Assembly (NCBI RefSeq): GCF_018350175.1
Contig: NC_058368.1
Span: 83,206,001 to 83,270,000, forward strand
DNA from: Felis catus
Taxonomy: Eukaryota
Direction of reading: 5' to 3'
Length of the DNA: 64,000 bases
Of the stretch, positions 25,801-38,900 are shown in pieces; position 1 is the first letter of the stretch; every line of letters starts with the position of its first letter. The translations under genes were made by a program, and so were the position numbers. The notes beneath the pieces were generated by a model, which saw only the letters and a program-made list of their open reading frames with translations, was not told where the DNA came from and ran no database searches.

Positions 25801-28800
25801 CCTTTTCTTTTTGAGAAGCCTGTCTAGGGGTTTGTCAATTTTGTTTATTTTTTCAAAAAACCAATTCTTGGTTTCGTTGATCTGCTCTACAGCTTTTTTA
25901 GATTTTATATTGTTTATTTCTGCTCTGGTCTTTATTATTTCTCTTCTTCTGCTGGGTTTAGGCTGCCTTTGCTGTTCTGCTTCTATTTCCTTTAGGTGTG
26001 CTGTTAGATTTTGTATTTGGGATTTTTCTTGTTTCTTGAGATAGGCCTGGATTGCAATGTATTTTCCTCTCAGGACTGCCTTCGCTGCGTCCTAAAGCGT
26101 TTGGATTGTTGTATTTTCATTTTCGTTTGTTTCCATATATTTTTTAATTTCTTCTCTAATTGCCCGGTTCACCCACTCATTCTTTAGTAGGGTTTTCCTT
26201 AACCTCCATACTTTTGGAGGTTCCAGACTTTTTCCTGTGGTTGATTTCAAGCTTCAAGTTATACCATGCATGGTATAATTTCAATTCTTGTATACTTATG
26301 AAGGGCTGTTTTGTGACCCAGTATATGATCTATTTTGGAGAATGCTCCATGTGCACTCGAGAAGAAAGTATATTCTGTTGCTTTGGGATGCAGAGTTCTA
26401 AATATATCTGTCAAGTTCATCTGATCCAATGTATCATTCAGGGCCCTTGTCTTTTTATTGACCGTGCGTCTAGATGATCTATCAATTTCTGTATGTGGAG
26501 TGTTAAAGTCCCCTGCAATTACCACATTCTTATCAGTAAGGTTGCTTATTTTATGAGTAATTGTTTTATATATTTAGGGGCTCCAGTATTCGGCACATAG
26601 ACATTTATAATTGTTAGCTCTTCCTGATGGATAGACCCTGTAATTATTATATAATGCCCTTCTTCATCTCTTGTTACAGCCTTTAATTTAAAGTCTAGTT
26701 TGTCTGATATAAGTATGGCTACTCCAGCTTTCTTTTGGCTTCCAGTAGCATGATAAATAGATCTCCATCCCCTCACTCTCAATCTAAAGGTGTCCTCAGG
26801 TCTAAAATGAGTCTCTTGTAGACAGCAAATAGATGGGTCTTGTTTTTCTTATCCATTCAGATACCCTATGTCTTTTGGTTGGCACATTTAATCCATTTAC
26901 ATTCAGTGTTATTATAGAAAGACATGGGTTTAGAGTCATTGTGATATCTGTATGTTTTATGCTTGTAGCGATGTCTCTGGTACTTTGTCTCACAGGATCC
27001 CCCTTAGGATCTCTTGTAGGGTGGTTTAGTGGTGACAAATTCCTTCAGTTTTTGTTTGTGTGGGAAGACCTGTATCTCTCCTTCTATTCTAAATGGCAGA
27101 CTTGCTGAATAAAGGATTCTCGGCTGCATATTTTTTTCTGTTCATTACATTGAAGATCTCCTACCAATCCTTTCTGGCCTGCCAAGTTTTAAAAGAAAGA
27201 TCAGTCACGAGTCTTATAGGTCTCCCTTTATATGTGAGGGCACGTTTATCCCTTGCTGCTTTCAGAATTTTCTCTTTATCCTTGTATTTGCCAGTTTCAC
27301 TATTATATGTCGTGCAGAAGATCGATTCACATTACATCTGAAGGGAGTTCTCTGTGCCTCTTGGATTTCAATGCCTTTTTCCTTCCCCAGTTCAGGTAAG
27401 TTCTCAGCTATTATTTCTTCAAGTACCCCTTCAGTACCTTTCCCTCTCTCTTGCTCCTCTGGGATACCAATTTTGCGTACATTATTTCTTTTTAGTGTAT
27501 CACTTAGTTTCTAATTTTCCCCTCATACTCTTGGATTTTTTTATCTCTCTTTTTCTCAGCTTCCTCTTTTTGCATAATTTTATCTTCTAGCTCACCTATT
27601 CTCTCCTCTGCCTCTTCAATCCAAGCCGTGGTCGTTTCCATTTTATTTTGCATCTTGTTTATAGCGTTTTTCAGCTCCTCCTGACTGTCCCTTAGTCCTT
27701 TGATCTCTATAGCAAGAGGTTCTCTGCTGTCCTTTATACTGTTTTCAAGCCCAGTGATTAATTTTATCACTATTATTCTAAATTCACTTTCTGTTATATT
27801 ATTCAAATCCTTTTTGATCAGTTCATTAGCTGTTGTTATTTCCTGGAGATCTTTTGAGGGGAAATCTTCCGTTTCATCATTTTGGATAGTCCCTGGAGTG
27901 GTGAGAACCTGCAGGGCACTTCCCCTGTGCTGTGGTGTATAACTGGAGTTGGTGGGCGGGGCCGCAGTCCGACCTGATGTCTGCCCCCAGCCCACCGCTG
28001 GGGCCACAGTCAGACTGGTGTGTGCCTTCTCCTCCCCTCTCCTTAGGGCGGGATTCACTGTTGGGTGGTGTGGCCTGTCTGGGCTACTTGCACACTGCCA
28101 GGCTTCTGGTGCTGGGGATCTGGCATATTAGCTGGGGTGGGTAGGCAAGGTGCACGGGGGCAGGAGGGGCAGGCTTAGTTCACTTCTCTTTCCCTGATCC
28201 ACTTCAGGAGGGGCCCTGTGGCAGCGGGAGGGAGTCAGACCTGATGTTGGAGGGGTGGCTCCACAGAAGCACAGCGTTGGGTGTTTGAGCAGAGCGAGCA
28301 AGTTCCCTGGCAGGAACTGGCTTCTTTTGGGATTTTGGCTGTGGGATGGGAGAGGGAGATGGCGCTGGCTAGCACCTTTGTTCCCTGCCAGACTGAGCTC
28401 TGTCCTCCAGGGGCTCAGCAACTCTCCCTCCCTTTGTCCTCCAGCCTTCCTGCTTTCCAAGCAGAGCTGTTAACTTATGACCTCCCATATGCTAAGTCAC
28501 GCTTGCTGTTAGAACACACTCCATCTGGCCCCTCCGCTTTTGCAAGCCAGACTCGGGGGCTCTGCTTGGCCGGCAGGCTCCCCCTCCGCCTGGCTCCCTC
28601 CCACCACTCCTTGAGCCTGCACTGCCTCTCCACCCTTCCTACCCTCTTCCATGGGCCTTCATCTGCACTTGGCTCAGGAGACTCATTCTGCTAGTCTTCT
28701 GGTGGTTTTCTGGGTTATTTAGGCAGGTGTAGGTGGAATCTAAGTGATCAGCAGGACGCGCGGTGAGCCCAGCATCCTCCTACACTGCCATTGTCTCCTG

Positions 28801-28806
28801 AACTCC
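22879..28806 (-). mobile_element. Young full-length felid LINE-1 (L1_Fc-type), disabled
   Basis: 5'UTR 28806-27881, ORF1 ~27880-26990, ORF2 ~26940-23140 in several frameshifted pieces, 3'UTR and tail. TSD ttgaatta at 22871-22878 and 28807-28814. Confidence 0.96.
23140..26940 (-). pseudogene. L1 ORF2p, multiply frameshifted
   Basis: ORF pieces 26546-26782, 26259-26525, 25210-25797, 24698-25213 (FADD), 23811-24593, 23566-23955 and 23140-23382. Confidence 0.93.
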
Positions 28807-29554
28807 TTGAATTAATTATTAAAATTTTTTAAAATAGAAAGCAAGACCAAATGGGCTTAATGATGAATGCTGCCAAAAATTTAAGAAAGAAATTATGCTA
28901 ATAGTTTCAGTCACCTCCAATCTGTTGAGACAGAGGGCTTCCTAACTCATCCTATAAATTTAGCATTAACCTAATGTTAAAACCAGACAAAAAATTACAA
29001 GAAAAGTAAACTATAGGCCAATATCTCACATGAATATATTTTATTAATGAAATATCAAATTCGATTCAACAATGTATACACTTAATTATACACCACGACT
29101 TAGTGGGGTTTATTTTAGGCCTGCAAGTCTGGTTCAACATTTAAAAGTAAATTAACATAATTCATCACATCAACAAACTACAATACAAATAACATGATCA
29201 TATATGTGTGTGTGTGTGTGTGTGTGTGTAAAAGAATTGATAAAACTAAACACCTCTTCATAATAAAAACCCACAGCTAAATAAGAATACAGATTATATT
29301 GATTTGATAAGAAAAAAATCTACAAAACACATGGAATAACATCATACTAATTGGTGAGAAATTAAAGTTATTTCCACCAAGATCAGGTACAAGGATATTC
29401 CGTCTCACTACTCTCACTCAACATTGTACTGGTAGTCCTAGGTAATGAAATAGTATAGGAGTAGGAAATAAAAAAAAAATACAGATTAGGGGGAAAAAAG
29501 TGTAAATCTCCATTTGTTCATGAAGACATATTTGTAGAAAATATCAAAGAATCT

Positions 29555-29760
29555 GGGCTCCTGGGTGACTAACTTGGTTAAGTGTCCGACTTCAGCTCAG
29601 GTCACGATTTCATCATCCTCTGTGCTGACAGCTCAGAGCCTGTAGTCTGCTTTGGATTCTGTGTCTCCCTCTGTCTCTGCCCATTCCCTGCGCTAGCTCT
29701 GTCTCTTTCTCTCAAAAATAAAATGGAAACATTTTTTTAATTAAAAAAGAAAAAAATATA
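29555..29760 (+). mobile_element. CAN-SINE with an internal deletion
   Basis: gggctcctgggtgact head, CT segment and A tail. Flanked by an aaagaatc duplication. Confidence 0.88.
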
Positions 29761-30895
29761 TAAAAGAATCAACCAAAAAATCTCCTGGAAAAAATAAGTG
29801 ATTACAACAATGTTACATGATTGAAGATTAACATTATTTTCCTATATACTATCACTGAACATTTGTAACTTAATATTAAACACATTACCATTAGCAACAC
29901 TAAAAACAAAATACTGAGGCATAAATTTAACAAAATATATTAGGAGGAAACTAGAACTATCTGATGAAAGATACAAAAGAAAAAAAACTAAACAAATGGA
30001 CTGATAGATCATGTTCACGATAGGAGGATTTAAAATTATCAAGATATGGGGGTAGAAGATGGTTGCAGAGTAGGATGAACATGGGCTCCTCTCACCCCAG
30101 GAGCACAAATAGAAAAATATCAAATCCTCCTAAATATAGCCAAAATCAATCTGAAAACAGGACAAATTCTACAACTAAAGGGAGGGTAGGATGTGTGGAG
30201 ACGAGGTTTACTGGAGAAATGGAACATTGTTGCGGCAGATAAGAAGGTACTGTGGTGGCAGAGAAGAGAAAGTAGGAATAGAGCTGCAAGTGGGGAAGGT
30301 GCTGTGGTGGCAGATAAGAAGAGAAAGTGGAGCACACAGGTGAAAACATAAGGAGAACGCTTCCCCAAAGCCTTTGACTGGGAAAAGAGAGGGGCTAATT
30401 TTCAGAAGTTTGTGGAACCAAGAGGGCTTAAAGCTGGGAGTTTTGAAGGTCCTTGGTCCTAAGATATTGCACTGATCCTGGAGAAAATGAAGACAAAAAA
30501 TCTGGCGGCAGACAGAGAAGAAATAAATATCTGAAAACCAACTGAGATACATAGAAGGGAGATTACTTCCTCTTCTCAGAGGGCTTTCCTGAGAGAAAGA
30601 ATGCACTGGGGATGTATCTCCAGCGAAAAGGAGCTGGCTGGAGTCATTTCCTTCCACCACTCCTAAGCATGAACACAGAGCCAATTATAAGAAGCAGTGT
30701 AGCACACAAGGAAAATGCCTAATTTGTTTACACCAAGTCCTACACTCATGAGCTCTGGCTGGACTACCCTTCCCAGTCAAGCTTTTTTTGGCACTAGCAA
30801 ACTAGGCACCTTAGCCAGAAGACCTGCAGACACCCCTTCCCACAGTACATATGCCAACCTGTGTTCTGCAGGGGTTCAGTACCAGGTCTAATTTA

Positions 30896-31123
30896 TTTTA
30901 TTTATTTAAAAAAATTTTTTTTCAACTTTTATTTATTTTTGGGACAGAGAGAGAGAGCATGAACGGGGGAGGGGCAGAGAGAGAGGGAGACACAGAATCG
31001 GAAGCAGGCTCCAGGCTCTGAGCCATCAACCCAGAGCCTGACGCGGGGCTCGAACTCACAGACCGCGAGATCGTGACCTGGCTGAAGTCGGACACTTAAC
31101 GGACTGCGCCACCCAGGCGCCCC
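30896..31123 (-). mobile_element. Young CAN-SINE (SINEC_Fc)
   Basis: Near-consensus CpG-rich body. Flanking taattta duplication. Confidence 0.95.
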
Positions 31124-31143
31124 TAATTTAAAAAGCAGACCAT

Positions 31144-31358
31144 GGGCACTTAGGTGACCTTGTCAGTTAAGTGTCCAACTTTGGCTCAGGTCGTGATCTG
31201 GTGGTTCATGAGTTTGAGCCCTGCCCTGGGCTCTGTGCTGACAGCTCAGCCTGGAGCCTACTTGGGATTCTGTGTCTCCCTCTCTCTGGGTTCCTCCACC
31301 AGTCGCGTTCTGTCTTTTTCTCTCTCAAAAATCAATAAACATTAAAAATAAAAAATAA
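31144..31358 (+). mobile_element. CAN-SINE
   Basis: SINE body and tail. TSD core taaaaagcaga at 31129-31139 and 31359-31369. Confidence 0.93.
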
Positions 31359-34300
31359 TAAAAAGCAGAACAGAGCACATCATTGAAAACTCACTATATT
31401 CAGACAAAGGACCAAAAATTACCCGCTGCAGGCAAGGAGAACCTCTACAAACAAATGACCTGAAGGATAACACAAGCAAAAACAAGATCAGAGCACAGGG
31501 AGCACCCAGAGACAATCCTTATGTGCCAGACCCTAGTCGCTACATGATCTCTTCTTGATAAAGCCATTATTCTCAGGAGCATAAAACATAACTGACTTTT
31601 CTTACACATAGAAGAACACAGAGACTTAGACAAAATGCCAAGATAAAGAAATTCATTTCAAATGAAACAACAAGACCACGACTGAATATCTAAGTGAACC
31701 AGATATAAAGAATATGCCTGATTGAGAATTTAAAGAAACAATGATAAGGATACTCACTGGGCTTGAGAAAAGAGTTGAAAACATCAGGGAGACCCTAACC
31801 ACAGAGATAAACATTTAAAAAAGAATATCTCAGAGATAGAGAATGCACTAACTGACATTGGAAACATGCTTGATGAAATGAACAATTGGCTGGAAGAAGC
31901 AGAGAAAGGAATTAGTGATATAGAAGAAAAAATAATGGAAACAATGAAGCAAAGAAAAGAGAAAAAGAATTATTATGGAACGCATAATAATCACTTAGGG
32001 AACGTAGTGACTCAATCAAAAGAAATAACACTAACATTATAGGAGTCTTAGAAGAGAAAGAAAATGAGGCAGATTTTTTTTTAAACAGTTGAAAACTTCT
32101 CTAATCAAGGAGGCAGAGAAAATGTCAACAAAATCAACAAAAACATGCTAACAATAAGATACATTGGAATTAAATTTGCAAAATGTAGCAATAAAGAAAA
32201 AAATAATCTTAAAAACAACAAGGCAAATGTAGTCTTTAACTTACAAGTTAAGGCCCACATGGGTAGCGGCATATTTCTCAAAAGCAGCCTGGAAAGCCAG
32301 AAGGGATTGGCATGATATATTTAACAGGTTGAATGAAAAAAATATATATATCTTCAACCAAGGATAATCTATCCAATAATTCTACCGTTCAGAATAGAGA
32401 GTTAAAGAGTTTCCCAGACAAATGAAAACTAAAGGAATTTGTGAATACTAAAACTACCCTGTAGGTAATAATAAAGGGTGTTCTTTGAATGGAAAGGAAA
32501 GTCCCAAAGTGACAAAGACAAGAAAGGAACAGATAAAATTTCCAGAAACAACAAAAAAAGTAATAAAATTGCTCTAAATACATATATATCAATAAATACT
32601 CTGAATGCAATGGAATAAATGCTCTAATCATGAGACATAATGTGTCAGAATGGATTAAAAAAATCTATATGCTGCCTACAAGAGACTCATTTTGGAATTA
32701 ACAATACATGAAGATTTAAAGTAAGGGGATGGAGAAATGCTTACCATAAAAATCTATGTCAAAATAAGCCAGAGTAGTAATATTTATATCAGAAAAACTA
32801 AACGTTAAAACAAAGATTTTAACAAAAAATGAGAAAAGTTACTATATTATAATAAAGGAGACTATCCAACAAGAAGATCTAACATTTGTAAATATTTATC
32901 TACCCAACATGATAGCACCCAAATATATAAAACAAATAATAATATATTTAAATGAAAAATAATTAATAAATGATACAATAATAGTAGGGGACTTTAATGC
33001 CCCACCTACATCAATGGAAATATCATATAAACAGAGAATCACCAAGGGAACACTGATTTTAAATGACACATATGACCAGATAGACCTAACAGATATATTT
33101 AGAATATTCCACACTAATACAGCAGAATATGCAATCTATTTATTTATTCATTTATTTATTTACTTACTTTTAAATGTATCTCTAAGTGTGTTAGCATATA
33201 AATTAATAATGATTTCAGAAGTGGAATCCAGTGATACATGCCCTACATATAGCAGCCAGTGCTCAGCCCAACAACTGTCCTCCTTAGTGCCCCTTGCCCA
33301 TTTAGCCCATCCCTCCACCAACAACCCTTTAGCAACCTTCAATATGTTCTCTGTATTTAAGAGTTTTTTTTTATTTAGTAACACTCCCTGTTTTTATATT
33401 ATTTATGCTACTCTTCCCTTATAATCATTGCTTTGTATCTTAAATTCCACATACGAGTGAAATAACATACTTGTCTTTCTCTGACTAATTTTGCTTAGCA
33501 TAATACCCTCTGGTTCCATCCACATTGTTGTAAATGACAAGATTTCATTCTTTTTGATTGCCAAGTAATATTCCATTGTATATATACACCACATCTTCTT
33601 TATCCATTTATCCGTCCATGGACATTTGAGCTCTTTCCATAATGTGGCTATTGTCAATAGTACTGCTATAACCATTGGGGTGTGTGTGCCCCTTCTAAAC
33701 AGCACACCTGTATCCTTTGGATAAATACATAGTGCAATTGCTGGGTTCTACTTTTAATTTTTTAAGGAACCTCTATACTGTTTTCCAAAGTGATTGCACC
33801 AGTTAGCATTCCCACCAGCAGTGCAAAAGGATTCCTCTTTCTCTCCACCCTCGCCAGCATTTGTTGTTGCTGGAGGTGTTCATTTTAGCCATTTTGACAG
33901 TTCTGAGGTAATATCTCATTGTGGGTTTGATTTATATTTCCCTGATGTTGAGCATTTTTTTCACGTGTCCATTAGCCATCTGGATGTTTTCTTAGGGGAA
34001 TGTCTATTCATGTCTTTTGCCCATTTCTTTAACGGGTAATTTTTTGTGGGTTTTTTTTTTTGGGAGGTGTTGAGTTTGATAAGTTTTTTTTATAGATTTT
34101 GGATACTAACCCTTTATCTGATATGCCATTTGCAAATATCTTCTCCAATTCTGTGGATTGCCTTTTAGTTTTGGTGATTGTTACCTTCACCGTGAAGAAG
34201 CTTTATTATTATTATTATTATTATTTTCTTGATGAGGTCCCAATAGTTCATGTTTGCTTTTGTTTTCCTTTCCTCCAGAGACATATTGAGTAAGAAGTTG

Positions 34301-34416
34301 ATGCAGCCGACGTTTTTGCAGGCTTTGTCATCTAGGATTTTCGGCTTTCTGTCTTACCTTTAGGTCTTTGATCCATTTTGAGTTAATTTTTGTGAGTGGT
34401 GTAAGAAAATGGTCTC

Positions 34417-34584
34417 GGGGGGTGCCTGGGTGGCTCAGTTAGTTGAGTGTCCTACTTCGGCTCAGGTCATTATCTCACAGTTTGTGAGTTCGAGCCCTGC
34501 ATCGGGCTCTGTGCTGACAGCTCAGAGCCTGGAGCCTGCTTCAGATTCTGTGTCTCTTTCTGTCTCTGCCCCTCCCCTGCTCAT

Positions 34585-34619
<35 letters not shown>

Positions 34620-34644
34620 GTAAAAAATAAACATTAAAAAAAGA
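34417..34644 (+). mobile_element. CAN-SINE
   Basis: TSD aagaaaatggtct at 34403-34415 and 34645-34657. Confidence 0.95.
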
Positions 34645-35672
34645 AAGAAAATGGTCTTAGTTTATTCTTCTGCATATCGCTGTCCAGTTTTCCCAACACC
34701 ATATGCTGAAGAGACTTCCTTCATTCCATTGGATAGTGTTTCCTCTTTGTAAAAGATCAGTTAGCAGTATGCTTGTGAGTCCTTTTCTGGGTTCTGTCTA
34801 TTCTGTTCCATTGATATATGTATCTGTTTTTGTGCCAGTACCATACTTTCTTAATTACTACACCTTAATAATAATCTTGAAGTCCGGGATTGTGATGACT
34901 CCAGATTTGTTTTTTTTTTTTTCTTTTTTCAGGATTTCTTTAGCTACTCAGGGTCATTTCCGGTTCCATAAAAATTTTAGGATTGTTTGTTCTAGCTCTT
35001 TGAAAAATGCAGGTGTTATTTCACAGGAATTGCATTGAATATGTACATTGCTTTGGGTAGTATCTACATTTTAACAATATTTGTTCTTCCAATCACTGAG
35101 CATGGAATTTTTTTTTCCTTTTTTTGTGTGTGTCTTTAATTTTTTTCAGTGTATTGATTTTTTCACTTTTGTTAGGTTTATTCCTAGATATTTTATGGGT
35201 TTTGGTGCAATTGTAAATGGGATCAATTTCTTGATTTCTCTTTCTGCTGCTTCATTATTAGAGTTTAAATTGAAACCAATTTCTGTGCATTAATTTTATA
35301 ACCTGTGAATTTGCTGAATTCGTGGAGTAGTTCTTTTCATAGAAGTTCTTTTCATAGTAGTTTTTTCATAGAATCTCTTGGGTTTTCCATGTAGAGTATC
35401 ACGTTGTCTGGGAAGAATGAATGTTTGACTTCCTTCTTGCTGATTTGGATGCATTTTATTTCTTTGTGTTGTCTGATTGCTGAGTCCAGGACTTCCAATC
35501 CTATGTTGAATAATAGTGGTGAGACTGGATATCTAGGTCATGCTACTGACCTTAGGTTGAAAGGTCTCAGTTTTTCCTATTGAGGATGGTATTAGCTGTG
35601 GATCTTTTGTATATGGCCTTTATGATCTTGAAGCATCATCCTTCTATACCTACTTTCTTGACAGTTTTTATT

Positions 35673-35922
35673 TTATTTTTTTTATTTATTTTTTTTATTT
35701 TTAAAAAAAAATTTTTTTTCAACGTTTATTTATTTTTGGGACAGAGAGAGACAGAGCATGAACGGGGGAGGGGCAGAGAGAGAGGGAAACACAGAATCGG
35801 AAGCAGGCTCCAGGCTCTGAGCCATCAGCCCAGAGCCTGACGCGGGGCTCGAACTCACGGACCGTGAGATCGTGACCTGGCTGAAGTCGGACGCTTAACC
35901 GACTGCGCCACCCAGGTGCCCC
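35673..35922 (-). mobile_element. Young CAN-SINE (SINEC_Fc)
   Basis: CpG-rich body. Perfect TSD cttgacagtttttatt at 35657-35672 and 35923-35938. Confidence 0.96.
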
Positions 35923-38900
35923 CTTGACAGTTTTTATTAAGAAAGGATGCTGTATTTTATCAAATGCTTTTTTCTCCATCTATTGGGAGGGTCATATGGT
36001 TCTTATTCTTTATTTTATTACTGTCATGTAGCACATTGATTTATTTGAGGATATTGAACCAGCCCTGCATGCCATGTATAAATTCCACTTGATCATGGTG
36101 AATAATACACTTAATGTACTGTTGGATCTAGTTGGCTAGTATCTTATTGAGAGTTTTTGCATCCATGTTCATCAGGGAAATTGGTCTGTGCTTTTTTTTT
36201 ATTAGGGTCTTTGCTTTGGGAATCAAGATAATGCTGGCCTTGTAGAATGAGTTTGGATGTTTTCTTTCCATTTTTTTTTTGGGAACAACTTCAAAAGAAT
36301 AGGTGTTAACTCTTCTTTAAATGTTTGGTAGAATTCTCCAGAAAAGCCATCCAGTCCTGGACTCCCATTATTTGGGAGATTTTTGATTATTAATTCAGTT
36401 TCATTACTGGTTATGGGTCTGTTCACATTTTTTTATTTATTCTTTTTCAGATTTGGTAGTTTATATGTTGCTAGGAATTTGTCCAATTCTTCCAGATTGC
36501 CCAATTTTTTTGGCATATAATTTATCTTAATATTATTTTATTATTGTTTGTATTTCTACAGTGTTGGTTTTTATCTCTCCTCTTTCATTCTTGTTTTTAT
36601 TTATTTGATTCCTTCCTTTTTTTTTTTTTTGCTTTTTGATCAGTCTTGCTAGGGGTTTGTCAATTTTGTTATTACTTTAAAGAACGAGCTCCTGATTTCA
36701 TTGATCTATTCGACTGTTTTGTTGTTGTTTCTGTTGTTGTGGTTGTTTTCCATACCATTGATTTCTACTTTATTGTTTCCCATCTTCGCCTGATTTGGGG
36801 TTTTATTTTCTGTTCTTTTTCCAGTTCATTAAGGTGTAAAGTTAAGTTATGTATCTGAGACCTTTCTTCCTTCTTTAGGAAGGCCTGGATTGCTATACAC
36901 TTCCCTCTTATGAAGGCTTTGGTGCATCGCAGTAGTTTCGGGCTGTTGTCTTATCATTTTCATTGGCTTCCATGTGGTTTTTAATTCACTTTTTAAATTA
37001 TTGGTTAACCCATTCATTCTTTAGTAGGATGCTATTTAATCTTCAAGCATTTGTGGTCTTTGTAAATTTTTTTTTATTGTGGTTGACTTTTAGTGTCATA
37101 ACATTGTGGTCTGAAAATATGCATGGTATGATACCAATCTTTTTGTACTTGTTGAGGGATGATTTGTGTCCCAGTGTGTGATCTAATATAGAGAATGCTT
37201 CATATGCACTCAAGAAGAATGTGTATTCTGTTGCTTTCGGATGAAATTTTCTGAGTATGTTTGTTAAGTCCATCTGGTCTAGTGTGTCATGAAAAGTCAC
37301 TGTTTCCTTGTTGGCTTTCTGGTTAGATGATCTTCCCATTGCTGTAACTGGGGTGTTGACGTCCCCTACTATTATGGTATGAGTAAAATGAGTTTTTTTA
37401 TGTTTGTGATAAATTGATTTATATATTTGGGTTCCTTCACATTTGGAGCATAAATGGTTACAATTGTTAGGTCTTTGTGGATAGACCCCTTAATTACGAC
37501 ATAATGCCCTTCTTCATCTCTTGATACAGTCTTTATTTTAAAGTTTAGATCGTCTGCTGTAAGATTGGCTTCTCTGGCTTTCTTTTGGTGACTATTAGCA
37601 TGGTAGATGGTTCTCCATTCCCTTACTTTCAATCTGAAGGTGACTTTAGGTCTCAGATAGGTCTTTTATTAACACCATAGAGATGGATCTTGGCTTCTTT
37701 TCCATTCAGTATCCTATGCCTTTTGATTGGAGCATTTACTCAATTGACATTTAAGTGAGTACTGAAGTGTATGAATTTATTACCAGTGTGTTGAATGTAG
37801 ATTTGGAGTTTCTGGTGATGTTCTCTGGTCCTTTCTAGTCTTTGTTATTTTTGTTATTTTCTGTTTCGTTTCATGTTTTATCCCCTCAGAAAGTTTCCTT
37901 TAATCTTTCTTGAAGGGCTGGTTTAGTGGTCACAAACTCCTTTTAGGTTTTTTTTTTTTTTTTTTTTGGTCTGGTAAACTCTTATCTCTCCTTTTATTTT
38001 GAATGACAACCTCGCTGGATAAAGAATACTTGGATGCATATTTTTCCAATTCAGCACTGTAAATGTACCCTGCCACTCTTTTCTGGCCTGCCATGTTTCT
38101 GTGGATAGGTCTGCTGCAAACCTGATCTCTCCTCCCTTATAGGATAAGGACTTTTTTCCCCTTGTTGCTTTAATAATTCTTTCCTTGTTTGTGTTTTGTG
38201 TGTGTGTGTGTGTGTGTGAGAATTTGATTATTCTATGCCTTGGTGATGGTTGGTTTTTGTTGAATCTAATGGGAGTTCTCTGTGATTCTTGGATTTTGAT
38301 GTCTGTGTCTTTCCTCAGATTAAGAAAGCTTTCCACTATAATTTGCTAAGATAAACTTTCTACCCCTTTTTTCTCTCTCTTCATCTTCTGGGACTTCTAT
38401 GATTTGGATGCTATTCCTTTTCAGTGTTCACTGTATTCTTTAATTCTTGCATGGTGCTCTTTTGGCTTAGTTTCCCTATTTTTCTGCTTCATTATTCTCC
38501 AAAATTTTGTGTTCTATATCGCTGATTTGCTGTTCTGCATCATCCAGGCTTGCCATTGTGGTATCTATTCGAGATTGCATCTCAGTTATAGCATTTTTAA
38601 TTTTGTCCTGACTAGATTTTACTTCTTTTATTTCCACAGAAAAGGAGTCTATACTTTTTACAATTCCAGCCAGTATTTCCATTATTGTGATTCTAAATTC
38701 TGTTTCAGACATCTTGCCTATATCTGTGTTGGCTAAGACTGTGGCTTTCATTCATTCCTGTTCTTTCTTGTGGAGTGAATTGCTTTGTTTTGTCATTTTG
38801 GACGAAGAAAAAGTATAATAAGTTTTTAAAATAATAAAATTTGAAAAATTAAAAACAACACAAAATATCAAATAAGGGAAACTAGATCCTAGATGTGCTT

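Larger units (their letters stand above)
8245..30046 (+). mobile_element. Old LINE-1 ORF2 remnant acting as host, split into about six pieces by later insertions
   Basis: Pieces 8245-8333, 14218-14323, 21442-22584, 22836-22878, 28807-29554 and 29761-30046 are collinear with L1 ORF2 (EN start to RT C-terminal part) once the TSD-bounded insertions are removed. Confidence 0.8.
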
